DNA of 64,000 nucleotides from Marispirochaeta sp. GTDB taxonomy: Bacteria > Spirochaetota > Spirochaetia > JC444 > Marispirochaetaceae. Made by a program: the position numbers and the translations under genes. Below, in pieces: positions 30,498 to 41,025 of the stretch (its first letter is position 1; each line of letters opens with the position of its first letter). The stretch is from contig CAXXFF010000002.1 in assembly GCA_963676835.2 (NCBI GenBank), positions 1,856,001-1,920,000 of the forward strand, written 5' to 3'. The notes beneath the pieces are model-generated. The model saw only the letters and a program-made list of their open reading frames with translations, made no database searches and was not told the DNA's origin.

Positions 30498-31610
30498 TTA
30501 TTTGAGGGTTTCCTTGAGGATGACAAGCATTCTGCGGATGGGTTCCGCTGCTCCCCATAAAAGCTGGTCTCCCACGGTAAAGGCTGACAGGTAGTCATCT
30601 CCCATACGCATCTTTCGCAGTCTTCCCACAGGAGTTGAAAGGGTTCCGGTAACAGCCGCGGGAGTAAGTCCCTTCATGGAGGCTTCTTTGGTATTGGGGA
30701 TAACCTTTGCCCATTCATTATGCTCTGCCAGCATGGATTCGATCTCATCCAGGGGTGCATTTTTGTTCAGTTTGATGGTCAGTGCCTGGCTGTGACAGCG
30801 CATGGCGCCGATACGTACACAAAGTCCGTCTACGGGAATTCCGGGATTAAGATCGAGGATTTTATTGGTCTCCACATATCCCTTCCACTCTTCCTTGCTC
30901 TGACCAAGGTCAACCTCGCTGTCGATCCAGGGGATCAGACTTCCCGCAAGGGGGACGCCGAAATTATCCGTGGGATAACTTCCGGAGCGGAGATTCTCTG
31001 TTACCTTACGGTCGATCTCAAGAATTGCCGAGGAGGGATTTGTCAGAAGATCATGTACCGATCCTTCCAGGGAGCCCATCTGGCTCAGAAGTTCCCGCAT
31101 GTTTTTTGCTCCGGCGCCTGAGGCCGCCTGGTAGGTCATGGAGGTTATCCATTCAACCAGGCCGGCTTTGAACAGTCCGCCCAGGGCCATCAGCATAAGG
31201 CTGACCGTGCAGTTGCCTCCAACATAATCTTTAACACCCGAGGCAAGAGCCTTGTCGATAACATGCCGGTTAACCGGGTCGAGTACAATAACGCTGTCGG
31301 ATTTCATCCGCAGGGTAGATGCTGCATCAATCCAGTATCCCTGCCAGCCTGCCTTGCGAAGCTGTGGGTGAATATCGCTTGTGTAACCGCCGCCCTGGCA
31401 GGTAACAATAGCGTCCATGGTTTTAAGGGTATCAATGGAAAAAGCATCCTGCAGTTCCGGTGTGTCGATTCCCACATCCGGTGCCTTCTGTCCTACCTGG
31501 GAGGTTGAAAAGAATACAGGTTCAAAACCGCTGAAATCTTTTTCTTCCAGCATCCGGTCCATCAATACAGAGCCGACCATTCCCCGCCAGCCGATGAATC
31601 CTACGCGCAT
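30498..31610 (-). CDS. asd: Aspartate-semialdehyde dehydrogenase (E. coli-type long form)
   Basis: [47 protein letters not shown]. Confidence 0.95.
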   Translation of the reverse strand: MRVGFIGWRGMVGSVLMDRMLEEKDFSGFEPVFFSTSQVGQKAPDVGIDTPELQDAFSIDTLKTMDAIVTCQGGGYTSDIHPQLRKAGWQGYWIDAASTLRMKSDSVIVLDPVNRHVIDKALASGVKDYVGGNCTVSLMLMALGGLFKAGLVEWITSMTYQAASGAGAKNMRELLSQMGSLEGSVHDLLTNPSSAILEIDRKVTENLRSGSYPTDNFGVPLAGSLIPWIDSEVDLGQSKEEWKGYVETNKILDLNPGIPVDGLCVRIGAMRCHSQALTIKLNKNAPLDEIESMLAEHNEWAKVIPNTKEASMKGLTPAAVTGTLSTPVGRLRKMRMGDDYLSAFTVGDQLLWGAAEPIRRMLVILKETLK

Positions 31611-31726
31611 ATACTGCTCCTGAAACAATTATCCGGCCCGAAACAGGCCGGTGGTGTGCCTAAACGTGAGGGAGTTTATCATAATTATCAGCAGATCTTC
31701 AAGTTAGGCAGATTTTAAAGAATTTG

Positions 31727-32479
31727 TCAGTCCCTTAAGGTTCCTCCGTTAACCATCATGCTTTCGGCGGTAATAAAGCCTGCCCGGGGACTTGCCAGAT
31801 AGGCTGCTGCAAAGGCTACATCTTCAGGTTTTCCCAGCTTCTTGAGGATACTGTTGTCTATAAACTTCTGGTTTTCCTTGTCTCCTGCAGCGGCTGCCAT
31901 TTCCGTCATAATTCTTCCGGGACATATTGCATTAACAGTGATGCCGTCTGCTCCAACCTGCTGGGCAAGGTTTCTGGTAAAGCCTAAAACCCCGGCCTTT
32001 GAGGCAGCGTAATGGGCTGCTGCAACGGTTCCCCCGTTTTTACCGGCTTCTGAAGCAAGGTTGATAATTCTGCCGTATTTCTGTTTCCGCATAATAGGCA
32101 GAACTGCCTTGGCAAAAAGAAACTGGCCGCGGAGGTTAACATTGAGGACGAGATCCCACTCATCGGAACTTATTTCTTCGATAGGGTGGAGGGGATGAAT
32201 GCCGGCATTATTGACCAGGATATGTACGCCGCCGAAGCGCTCTGCAACTTTTTCGACAAAAGCGTCAATTTCATCCTGTTTCGCGATATCGACGGTATCG
32301 AAGAGAATGCCTCCTTCAGCATTTACCGTCAGCTCTGCGGCGGTTTTCTGAAGATTATCCTTCAATAAGTCGCAGAGGGCAACTGATGCTCCCCTGGCTG
32401 CCAGTTCGGTGACGATTGCTTTTCCTATACCTCTTGCACAGCCGGTAACTATTGCGGTGTATCCCTGTAAGTCATTCAT
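31727..32479 (-). CDS. SDR family oxidoreductase
   Basis: TGCARGIG, NNAG, YAASK. Confidence 0.9.
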   Translation of the reverse strand: MNDLQGYTAIVTGCARGIGKAIVTELAARGASVALCDLLKDNLQKTAAELTVNAEGGILFDTVDIAKQDEIDAFVEKVAERFGGVHILVNNAGIHPLHPIEEISSDEWDLVLNVNLRGQFLFAKAVLPIMRKQKYGRIINLASEAGKNGGTVAAAHYAASKAGVLGFTRNLAQQVGADGITVNAICPGRIMTEMAAAAGDKENQKFIDNSILKKLGKPEDVAFAAAYLASPRAGFITAESMMVNGGTLRD

Positions 32480-32512
32480 TTCTGTTTTCTCCTTTGTGTA
32501 AATATACGCATA

Positions 32513-32548
32513 AAAAAACCTTCCGAAACAATGTTCCGGAAGGTTTTT
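32513..32548 (-). terminator. Hairpin terminator after the transketolase pair
   Basis: AAAAAACCTTCCG...CGGAAGGTTTTTT. Confidence 0.65.
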
Positions 32549-32647
32549 TCTGCCGTACGGCCACGGGAGATGACTGACTAAGCGGGTGAAACGGCTCCCG
32601 CGCGTCTATGCCGTCGGCGCATTATTCTTGTTGTATGCTGAAAACTA

Positions 32648-33613
32648 TCAGCAGCACTTGCATTTGCGGGAGATAGCCTTTTTGGCACCTGCTACAATTG
32701 CTTCGGTGGTCAGACCGTATTTAGCGATAAGTGTATCATAGGGTCCGGACTCGGTGAAAGTATCCTGAATACCGACATATTCAACAGGAACAGCACAGTT
32801 TTTGGAAAGAGATTCCGCAACTGCTGAACCGAAACCGCCGTAGATATTGTGCTCTTCTGCAGTTACAACTGCACCGGTTTTGTTGGCACTTGCTGCAAGA
32901 AGCTCATCATCAATGGGCTTAACGGTGTGAATGTTAAGAACCTCAGCGGAAATACCTTCTGCTTTGAGCTTTTCTGCTGCTTCAATAGCCATTGTTACAG
33001 GAATACCGGATGCAGCAATAGTCACATCGGTTCCCTCTGCAAGAACGCGTCCCTTGCCGGTTTTGTATCCCGCATCATCCATTTCGATGAGGGGGGTAGC
33101 ATTACGGCAGGCACGAATGTAGGTTGGTCCTTTGGCAGTAAGTGCTTCTTCCAGGGCTTCCTTCATTTCAGTTGCATCGGCAGGAACGATTACCTTCATG
33201 TTGGGAAGTGCGCGCATGATGGCAATATCGGTAATTGCCTGGTGGCTGGCACCGTCGAAGGAGTCGGAAAGACCTGCATAACCGCCCACAATAATGACCG
33301 GCAGCTCGTTGTAACACATAACGTTACGGATCTGGTCGGTACATTTCAGAGCCAGAAAGAGTGCAAAGGTGCTGATTACGGGACGGTAGCCGCAGGTTGC
33401 GAGACCGGAAGCCACGTCTGCCATGTTTGCTTCGGCTACACCGACGTTGAAGAAACGCTCGGGGTATGCTGCACCGAAAACACCGGTTTTGGTTGAAGAA
33501 GAAACGTCTGCATCGAGAACAACCAGTTCGGGATGAGTTTTTCCAAGCTCTACAAGGGCTTCGCCGAAGGCGTCGCGCATTGCGACCATGGTATCGGTAA
33601 CTTTAACTGCCAT
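32648..33613 (-). CDS. Split transketolase, C-terminal (pyrimidine-binding) subunit
   Basis: RFFNVGVAEANM, DGASHQ, EEHNIYGGFG. Confidence 0.9.
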   Translation of the reverse strand: MAVKVTDTMVAMRDAFGEALVELGKTHPELVVLDADVSSSTKTGVFGAAYPERFFNVGVAEANMADVASGLATCGYRPVISTFALFLALKCTDQIRNVMCYNELPVIIVGGYAGLSDSFDGASHQAITDIAIMRALPNMKVIVPADATEMKEALEEALTAKGPTYIRACRNATPLIEMDDAGYKTGKGRVLAEGTDVTIAASGIPVTMAIEAAEKLKAEGISAEVLNIHTVKPIDDELLAASANKTGAVVTAEEHNIYGGFGSAVAESLSKNCAVPVEYVGIQDTFTESGPYDTLIAKYGLTTEAIVAGAKKAISRKCKCC

Positions 33614-34470
33614 TATTTTGCCTCCAGTGCCGCAAGACCGGCTTCGAGTTCAGGACGGGCAATTGCGTATACATCGTCTGTAACAGGCGCACCGTGCCAC
33701 TTGTTGGTGTTCTCCATGGACTTAACACCCTTACCTTTGATGGTGTCAAAGATAATTACGGAAGGACCGGCTTTTTCGGAATCAAGCCATTTGAAAGCCT
33801 CTGCAATAGAGTCCATGTTGTGTCCGTCGAAGCTCTTGGGAGCAACTCTCCAGCCGAATGCCTTGAAGCGTTCTGACAGGTCATCAAGAGGCATAATTTC
33901 TGCAGAAGTACCGTCAAGCTGTACCTTGTTGTAGTCAACGAGAAGAACCAGATTCTCGGGTTTGAACTTTGCCGCACCCATGATTCCTTCCCAGCTGGTA
34001 CCTTCATCAAGACAGCCTTCGCCTACGATTACATAGGTTTTGAAGTCTTTCTTTGCAAGGCGTCCGCCGAGAGCCATACCCAGACCAACAGAAACACCAT
34101 GACCAAGGGCTCCGGTAGACATGTCCACACCGGGGGTCTTTTTCATACAGGGGTGTCCCTGGAGACGGCTGTTCAGTTCACGGAAGGTGTTGAGCTCTTC
34201 TTTGGGGAAGTAGCCTTTCTCCGCAAGAACAGCATACAGCATTGTTGATGCGTGTCCTTTGCTCAATACCAGCCGGTCCCGGTCTTCCCATGCGGGATTT
34301 TCGGGTTTTACGTTCATCCGTTCAAAATAAAGATAGGTAAGAATGTCTGCTACAGACGCTGCTCCGCCCCAGTGGCCGGTGCCTTTGTCATGCAGTACAT
34401 CCAGTACTTCTATCCGAAACTGTTGTGCAAGTCGTGCCAGTTCAGCAGACCTGCCGGTAACTGTTTGCAT
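33613..34470 (-). CDS. Split transketolase, N-terminal (ThDP-binding) subunit
   Basis: DRLVLSKGH, LQGHP, STGALGHG; ThDP motif reads GEG rather than GDG. Confidence 0.9.
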   Translation of the reverse strand: MQTVTGRSAELARLAQQFRIEVLDVLHDKGTGHWGGAASVADILTYLYFERMNVKPENPAWEDRDRLVLSKGHASTMLYAVLAEKGYFPKEELNTFRELNSRLQGHPCMKKTPGVDMSTGALGHGVSVGLGMALGGRLAKKDFKTYVIVGEGCLDEGTSWEGIMGAAKFKPENLVLLVDYNKVQLDGTSAEIMPLDDLSERFKAFGWRVAPKSFDGHNMDSIAEAFKWLDSEKAGPSVIIFDTIKGKGVKSMENTNKWHGAPVTDDVYAIARPELEAGLAALEAK

Positions 34471-34497
34471 AGTGCATCCTCCATACAAAATATGTTG

Positions 34498-35172
34498 CTA
34501 AAATCTATCCAGTTTAACCGCGGCCTCTCGGGACGCGATTATATGACTGCGCATGTAATTTTCCGCCGTGTCCGGATCCCTGTTGGTAAAGGCATCGAGA
34601 ATTTTGAGATGCTCATTATTTGTGTGGGTTGCCCGTGACGGCGTTTTCCCCGCCAGAATACGGACCCGCAAATGGAGATCCATAATATCCTGGTAGGTTC
34701 TGATAAGGGTTTCATTCTCGGTGGACTGAATAAGGAAGTCATGAAAATCCCTGTCCATATGAAACCATGTTTTGTAGGAACTTTCCGCAAGGGAGTTGTC
34801 GCTGAAATGGCGGCGGAACTCCTCTATTCGCTCTATATCGATTGTGGGGCATATCTGCCGAGCCACTGCAGGCTCGATCATCAGGCGGATTTCAAATATC
34901 TCATATACGCTTTTCAGGGATATCTGGCTGGCAAAGGTTCCCTGTCTGGGGTAGATTGTTACCAGCCTGTCCCGCTGAAGCCGCAAAAGTGCTTCCCTGA
35001 TTGGGGTTCGGGATGTTCCAAACTCGTCACTGAGGCTGCTTTCAACAATAAGGCCGCCGGGAGGAATATCTCCGTCAATTATGCGCTCTTTTATGGTTGC
35101 GTAAATTGAGTCCTGCAGCACGCCTTTACGCTGAGGATCCGCAGCATTGGAAGTTCCGGTATTGTCTGACAC
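34498..35172 (-). CDS. GntR family regulator (FCD domain)
   Basis: TSRTPIREAL, D.DFH, EHLKI. Confidence 0.9.
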   Translation of the reverse strand: MSDNTGTSNAADPQRKGVLQDSIYATIKERIIDGDIPPGGLIVESSLSDEFGTSRTPIREALLRLQRDRLVTIYPRQGTFASQISLKSVYEIFEIRLMIEPAVARQICPTIDIERIEEFRRHFSDNSLAESSYKTWFHMDRDFHDFLIQSTENETLIRTYQDIMDLHLRVRILAGKTPSRATHTNNEHLKILDAFTNRDPDTAENYMRSHIIASREAAVKLDRF

Positions 35173-35288
35173 ACAGCCCCGCTATTTTGGTCTATTAATT
35201 GAAAAATATATCTTGTACACGACAGATATATCAGTATAATATCTAATAGTGATTACACTGTCAATTGAAACAGGAGGTATTTTTTGAT

Positions 35289-36236
35289 ATGGCTGTGTTG
35301 GTAACAGGTGCCGGTGGTTTTCTCGGCAAAGAAATAATTAACAGAATACTTGATTCAGGCCGGGATGTACTGGCCTTCGATTTTGCGGAACCTAATCCGG
35401 ATACACTGAAAGCCTGGGGCGACCGGGTGGAATTTATTCAGGGAGATATCCGGGATAAGTCCATGGCTTATCATCTTGTACGGAAGTCCGGTACAGAAGA
35501 CCCCATTATTCATCTTGCTGGAATCCTCACTGCAGGATGCGACAGGGATCCTGCCATGGCAATTGCGGTTAATATCAATGGCCTCAATAATGTGCTTGAG
35601 GCTGCAGTAAAGTACGGAAACCGCAGAACTGTTCATGCAAGTACCATTGGAGTGTACGGCCGCGGACTTCCCCAGCCCATACTTGAGGATATGCCCGCGG
35701 AGCCCGACGGCTGGTACGGCTATACAAAATGGATGGGTGAACACATGGGGCTTCTCTACGAGCGCCGCCATGGTCTGGATTTCCGGGCAGCAAGGTTTGC
35801 CGCGGTTACCGGTCCCGGACGTACTGCGGTAGGTTCAGCCAGTCTTTTTACTTCATACATTGCGGAAAAGCCTGCTCTGGGTGAAGTCTATGAAATTGAA
35901 GTTGCAGAGGATACTGCTTATCCTGTTGTCTATATCAAAGACGCTGCAGATGCTCTTTTCAAGATTACTTTTGCAGAATCCGCCCCCAGCAGGGTCTATA
36001 ATGTTTCATCAGGCCGGGTTATTGTTTCTGATATGATTAAAACTGTTAAGGAAATAATTCCTGATGCAAAATACACTTACAAGCCGGATGAAGTTATCAT
36101 GGCGGTTGTGAGCGGCTATAAAGAGTGGCATATCAGTACTGAGCGGATTGAGAAGGAACTTGGCTGGACGCCCAAGTATACTCCTGAGGTAATGGTTAAG
36201 GATATTATTACTGAAGCCCGGAAAATGAAGGGCTGA
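35289..36236 (+). CDS. NAD-dependent epimerase/dehydratase (extended SDR)
   Basis: TGAGGFLG, HLAG, ASTIGVYG, YGYTK. Confidence 0.88.
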   Translation: MAVLVTGAGGFLGKEIINRILDSGRDVLAFDFAEPNPDTLKAWGDRVEFIQGDIRDKSMAYHLVRKSGTEDPIIHLAGILTAGCDRDPAMAIAVNINGLNNVLEAAVKYGNRRTVHASTIGVYGRGLPQPILEDMPAEPDGWYGYTKWMGEHMGLLYERRHGLDFRAARFAAVTGPGRTAVGSASLFTSYIAEKPALGEVYEIEVAEDTAYPVVYIKDAADALFKITFAESAPSRVYNVSSGRVIVSDMIKTVKEIIPDAKYTYKPDEVIMAVVSGYKEWHISTERIEKELGWTPKYTPEVMVKDIITEARKMKG

Positions 36237-36257
36237 TTTTTATCGTTCATTAATTAA

Positions 36258-36295
36258 AAAGGCCGCGGGTGGTTTTAAAGCACTCCGCGGCCTTT
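36258..36295. terminator. Bidirectional terminator between convergent genes
   Basis: AAAGGCCGCGG...CCGCGGCCTTT flanked by A/T runs. Confidence 0.7.
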
Positions 36296-36324
36296 ATTTT
36301 CTGTTTGAATTGTTTTCTCCGGAT

Positions 36325-37161
36325 TTAGAACCTGATTCCTTTCCGTATGTGTTCAACTGCTTCTAATGAGGGAGCAGCAATAAACTGTCCGGGCATCTTC
36401 CAGAGCTTCTCACTTGTTTTATCCAGAATATAGTTATCCGAATTTACCCTGTCGTCCATTACTCTGCCGTCAGAAAAGTGTATTACGAATCCTGCATTGC
36501 GCAGCAGGGGAATTGAGCCGGCGATATCCCAAAGTTTGAGATTCCCGACGAACGCCAGAAACCGGCCCATTAGCATGTAGGTAAAGGGTACAACTGCACA
36601 TCCCAGGGCCTGTACCGGGTTGGGCATGGCATATTGTCCCTGACGAAGTACATCATTGGTAATGGCTATTATGGTTTTATCGTTCGGCGGGTGTTTTACT
36701 ATCTTAAGGGGTTGTAGATCAGGCTTTTCATTTATTCCGCAGCGTGCATAGAGAACGGTGTTTTCGCCGGTAAGAAAATATTCCCCGCTTACGGGAAGGA
36801 AAATTGCACTTTCGGTGAGGATTCCCTGCTGCATAAAGCCGATTGAGATTCCCCAATGAGAAAGATGATGCGCATAGGGTGCGGTTCCGTCGATAGGGTC
36901 TACAACCCAGGCGGTTTCCTGAAATGCCCTGTCCATATATTCGGAAGACTTGGTGTCGATTGTCTCTTCTCCGATCATATAACTGCCTTTTTCAGGCTGG
37001 TCAAACACGGCAGCCAGATGATTTTCCACGGCATGATCAGCCCGGGTTACCAGGCTCAGATCATCCTTTACATCTATACCGGGGTCATCAAAGTAGGCGA
37101 GGGCGGTTTTTCCGCATTCCTGCAGCAACTGCAGAATTGTCTCGGTATTCCAGCGTGTCAT
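36325..37161 (-). CDS. Inositol monophosphatase family phosphatase
   Basis: VTRAD, IGEE, WVVDPIDGT, WDIAG. Confidence 0.88.
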   Translation of the reverse strand: MTRWNTETILQLLQECGKTALAYFDDPGIDVKDDLSLVTRADHAVENHLAAVFDQPEKGSYMIGEETIDTKSSEYMDRAFQETAWVVDPIDGTAPYAHHLSHWGISIGFMQQGILTESAIFLPVSGEYFLTGENTVLYARCGINEKPDLQPLKIVKHPPNDKTIIAITNDVLRQGQYAMPNPVQALGCAVVPFTYMLMGRFLAFVGNLKLWDIAGSIPLLRNAGFVIHFSDGRVMDDRVNSDNYILDKTSEKLWKMPGQFIAAPSLEAVEHIRKGIRF

Positions 37162-37817
37162 CAGCTCATCTGTCCCCGGACAACCTTCTGCATTATTCTC
37201 ACCTTCGAGTTCTGCAGATGTTCTTCCAGTATCTCAACCGCCCGCTCTGTATCACGGACGCAGATGGCGTCTATAAGGTTGAGGTGCTCATCACAGGTGC
37301 TGAGCCGCACCTCGTCATCCCGGAACCCCAGTTCACGGAAGGTCTGAATAAGATGGTAGAGCTGATTCACCATGTTGATCAGTCGCCTGCGGCCGCAGTT
37401 TTCCACCAGATAGGTATGCAGCTCAGCGTCCACCTCTGCATGCCCCATGGCATCCCTGGTTTTAACCACCTCTTCAATCTTTTTGCGAATTTCTATAAGC
37501 CGCTGAATGCTGAGGGCGGGAATGGAAAAACGCAGAGCAAGAGCTTCCAGTGATTTTCGTATCTCGTAGATATCTTCAAGGTCATCAGCGGTAAAGGGAA
37601 AGGTTTTTGCCCCCCGGTTCGGAATAAGCTGGATCAGCTGATCCTGTTCGAGCCGTTTGAGCACATTACGGACAGGAGTCCGGCTGGTGCCGAACTCCTT
37701 TGCCAGAGAATCTTCCCGGAGAAAATTCTCCGGGGGATAATAGTTATGAATTATACGGTCAAAGAGGGCCGTATATATATCGTGGCTTGCCTGATTCGTT
37801 GGTTCTCTCATTTCCAA
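37161..37817 (-). CDS. GntR family regulator (FCD domain)
   Basis: TSRTPVR, PNRGA, EHLNLI. Confidence 0.9.
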   Translation of the reverse strand: MEMREPTNQASHDIYTALFDRIIHNYYPPENFLREDSLAKEFGTSRTPVRNVLKRLEQDQLIQLIPNRGAKTFPFTADDLEDIYEIRKSLEALALRFSIPALSIQRLIEIRKKIEEVVKTRDAMGHAEVDAELHTYLVENCGRRRLINMVNQLYHLIQTFRELGFRDDEVRLSTCDEHLNLIDAICVRDTERAVEILEEHLQNSKVRIMQKVVRGQMS

Positions 37818-39982
37818 GCTCGTTTGGCCATGGCAAACAGCTGCTCCTCTATCTCGGAATCCTGAAGGATTGCCGCCTCTTCCAGCTTTCTTGATACTGA
37901 ATTAGGCACATTGAGAGATGAGAGGCAGCCGGGAGGTGCGTCCAGATAGTCGAAACAGCGGGTGCTGACCTCATGTGCAATTCGGGCACCGATGGTCTGA
38001 GCACCTGCAGCCTCCTCCACGATGGCCAGTACTCCTGTCTTCTGAACTGATGCACTGATTGTATCATAGTCAATAGACGGTAAATCAAGAGTTCTCAGGT
38101 CAATTATTTCCGCAGAAACCCCTCTTTCTGCAAGTTTAGCTGCCACACCGCGCACTCTTTCACTCATTACACCGTAAACGAGCACGGTTATTTCATCCCC
38201 GGGAACAAGCACGTTTGCCTTTCCGAAGGGAATACAGTAGTCAAGATCATCGGCGGGAACGTCAAAACGTTTGCCGTAGAGGCTGTGGTGCTCAAGGAAA
38301 ACCACGGGATCCTTGGATTTCATGGCAGTATTAAAGAGACCGATATAGTCCATGGCATTACCGGGTGCAACCATTCTCCAACCGGAGAACATTGCGAAAA
38401 GGGCTACAGGATCCATGGAATGCTGTCCCCCGTAACCGACACCGATGGCGATTCTGGTTCTGGCGATGATCGGCAGGTCGGTGGAACCGCCGTACATATG
38501 CCGGGCTTTGGCAATCTGGTTGAAAAGCTGGTCTCCCGCTACAAGGGCAAAGTCGGGAAACATAATTTCGCTTATGGTTTTGAGGCCGTTCATGGCGGCA
38601 CCGCCGGCAATTCCGACAAATCCTGCTTCAGAAATAGGGGTATTTACAATCTGCTCGGGAAATTTCTCCGGCAGACCTTTTGTTGCACCGTATGCACCAC
38701 CGCCGAAGTTGGCAATCTCTTCACCAAACTCGTAAACAGTTTTGTCCTTTTCCATCCAGCGCCCTGTAACCGCGGCAATTGCATCGGAGTAACGCATTTT
38801 TGCAGTAGCTCCGCTGTAGGGTTCCTGAATATAGGGAAGGCCTTCCAGCTCTTTTCCGTCGGAGCGCATCCCTTCACCGGCAGTTTCCGCTGCAGGCCAG
38901 AGGGATTCCCGGATAATAGTTTTATCTTCTCCTTCTACACAGAAGTCCACTGCCTTGGAAACAGCTTCTTTTGCAAGAGCAATAATCTCATCAATGGCAG
39001 CCTGGGATAACAGTTCCTGTTCAAGCAGCTGTGAAGGGAAGTTCTTTACAGGGTCTATTGCCAGCCGACGGGCCTCTTCTTCCTTGTCTCTATAGCCATA
39101 GGAACTGCCGGGAATGTCGCCTGCGTGGTGGTAATGGCGCCAGCACTTTGCTTCAACGATCGCAGGCTTGCCGCCGCCGCGGATGTCGGAGGAGACCTTT
39201 TTCATCAGGTTGTAGATTCCGGCTGTATCTGCACCGTCTACAACATATCCGTCCATATTATAGGACGAGGCTCTGATTGAAATATCATTTACAGCACATA
39301 CATCTTCGTTTCTTGTGCCGACGGCAAACTCATTGTTCTCAACAAAGAAAATAATCGGAAGCTTCCAGGCTCCTACCATGTTAAGGGCTTCGTGGAAGGC
39401 CCCCTGGTTGGCCGCACCGTCACCGAAGTAGCAGACAACAATATTATCTGTTCCGAGCTTCTGTTCAGCATAGGCTGCTCCGGCTGCAAGCGGAATACCA
39501 CCGCCTACGATTGCATTGGATCCGTAGAAACCGGCCTCTTTCCAGCGCAGGTGCATTGAGCCTCCCCGGCCGCCGCAGTAACCGGGAGCAAGTCCTAATA
39601 TCTCCGCGAAGGAGCGGTTTACTACTTCCTGTGCATTTACCGGGAATTCGTTTTTGGTAGGATTCCATTTTCCATCCAGCACATAATTAAGGGATTTGCT
39701 GAGGAACTGGTGGTGGGCACGATGGCTGCCGAATACCTTATCTCCTGCAGTGAGGGGGCCGATACTGGCTGCAGCTACAGCCTCCTGGCCTACACTGGAA
39801 TGTACGGGTCCCCAAACAGCATCAGCATTCTTGAGCCTGAGAAGTTCCATTTCAAAAAAATGTATCAGGTTCATTTCAAAGAGCAGTCTTGCGGAAGTGC
39901 CTGCTCCAAGTTTTTTGAGGTCATTTCCATCTGAAGACCATTTCTGCCAATTGAAATCAGGGGACAGTTTGTTCTTTTTCAT
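37808..39982 (-). CDS. Fused alpha/beta E1-type ThDP-dependent 2-oxoacid/acetoin dehydrogenase
   Basis: HSSVGQEA, GRGGSMH, GDGAANQG...ENN; beta part TPISEAGF, GGQHS, DLRTL. Confidence 0.9.
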   Translation of the reverse strand: MKKNKLSPDFNWQKWSSDGNDLKKLGAGTSARLLFEMNLIHFFEMELLRLKNADAVWGPVHSSVGQEAVAAASIGPLTAGDKVFGSHRAHHQFLSKSLNYVLDGKWNPTKNEFPVNAQEVVNRSFAEILGLAPGYCGGRGGSMHLRWKEAGFYGSNAIVGGGIPLAAGAAYAEQKLGTDNIVVCYFGDGAANQGAFHEALNMVGAWKLPIIFFVENNEFAVGTRNEDVCAVNDISIRASSYNMDGYVVDGADTAGIYNLMKKVSSDIRGGGKPAIVEAKCWRHYHHAGDIPGSSYGYRDKEEEARRLAIDPVKNFPSQLLEQELLSQAAIDEIIALAKEAVSKAVDFCVEGEDKTIIRESLWPAAETAGEGMRSDGKELEGLPYIQEPYSGATAKMRYSDAIAAVTGRWMEKDKTVYEFGEEIANFGGGAYGATKGLPEKFPEQIVNTPISEAGFVGIAGGAAMNGLKTISEIMFPDFALVAGDQLFNQIAKARHMYGGSTDLPIIARTRIAIGVGYGGQHSMDPVALFAMFSGWRMVAPGNAMDYIGLFNTAMKSKDPVVFLEHHSLYGKRFDVPADDLDYCIPFGKANVLVPGDEITVLVYGVMSERVRGVAAKLAERGVSAEIIDLRTLDLPSIDYDTISASVQKTGVLAIVEEAAGAQTIGARIAHEVSTRCFDYLDAPPGCLSSLNVPNSVSRKLEEAAILQDSEIEEQLFAMAKRAWK

Positions 39983-40207
39983 TCGTTCTGCTTCTCTCTT
40001 TTTTCTGGGCGTTGTATGTGAAAACCACCTTTAATGGTGATTGAACTACCATGCGTCATAGTAGCTTTATCGGGTATATTGTACGTTAAAACTTGTGTAC
40101 TTGCAACAAAATGATGTATAATAGGCGTAAATTGTATACTCATTTGGGGTATTTTGTTTTAAAACAGGGGTTGAGGATGTCACAAACCCTTAAAAAAGGA
40201 GATTGTT

Positions 40208-40939
40208 ATGATGGAGCTTGAAAACAGAGTTGCACTTATCACCGGTGGAGCGAGAGGTATTGGTGCTGCTATTGCAGAACTGTTTGTGGAACGGGGAGCC
40301 GCCGTTGTTCTTGCGGACGTAAACAAGGCAACGGTTGAAGAAACCGCTGCAAAACTTCGGGAAGGCGGGGCAAAGGCTCTTGGTCTTCAGGTGGATATTA
40401 CCGACCGCAGCTCGGTTAAGGTAATGGTGGATGCTGCCATAAAAGAGTATGGAAAAATCGATATTCTTATTAATAATGCCGGTATTGCTAACTTTAAAAA
40501 TGCAATGGAAGGTACCGATGATGAGTGGGACAAGGTTATTCTTGTGAACATGACAGGTACTCAGAATGTGTGTAAGGCTGTCATTCCTCACATGGAAAAG
40601 GCCGGCTACGGCAAGGTTGTTTCCATCTCATCCATGGCTGCCAGGGTAGGTGGGTTAAAGGTTGCAACGGACTACACTTCTTCCAAGGCAGGAGTAATCG
40701 GAATAGCAAAATCCTGGGCCCGTTATGGTGCTTCAAGGGGCATACTTTCCAACGCCATTGCTCCGGGACCAACCGCTTCAGATATGGCAGCTGATAACTT
40801 TGATGTTTCTACCATGCCTCTGGGAAGAATCGGTCAGCCGAAAGATATTGCCTATGCGGCCCTGTTTCTTTCTTCCTATATGTCTGACTACATTACCGGA
40901 ATTACCCTGGATGTAAACGGCGGCCAGTATCTTCCCTGA
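40208..40939 (+). CDS. SDR family oxidoreductase
   Basis: TGGARGIG, NNAG, YTSSK. Confidence 0.9.
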   Translation: MMELENRVALITGGARGIGAAIAELFVERGAAVVLADVNKATVEETAAKLREGGAKALGLQVDITDRSSVKVMVDAAIKEYGKIDILINNAGIANFKNAMEGTDDEWDKVILVNMTGTQNVCKAVIPHMEKAGYGKVVSISSMAARVGGLKVATDYTSSKAGVIGIAKSWARYGASRGILSNAIAPGPTASDMAADNFDVSTMPLGRIGQPKDIAYAALFLSSYMSDYITGITLDVNGGQYLP

Positions 40940-41025
40940 TAATATGCCACACCATGACTGTCGTTTTATGATAGAATTGGGAGCTGTTTTTATACCTTTC
41001 TGATGAAAGAAGGAGTGAATTGGAT

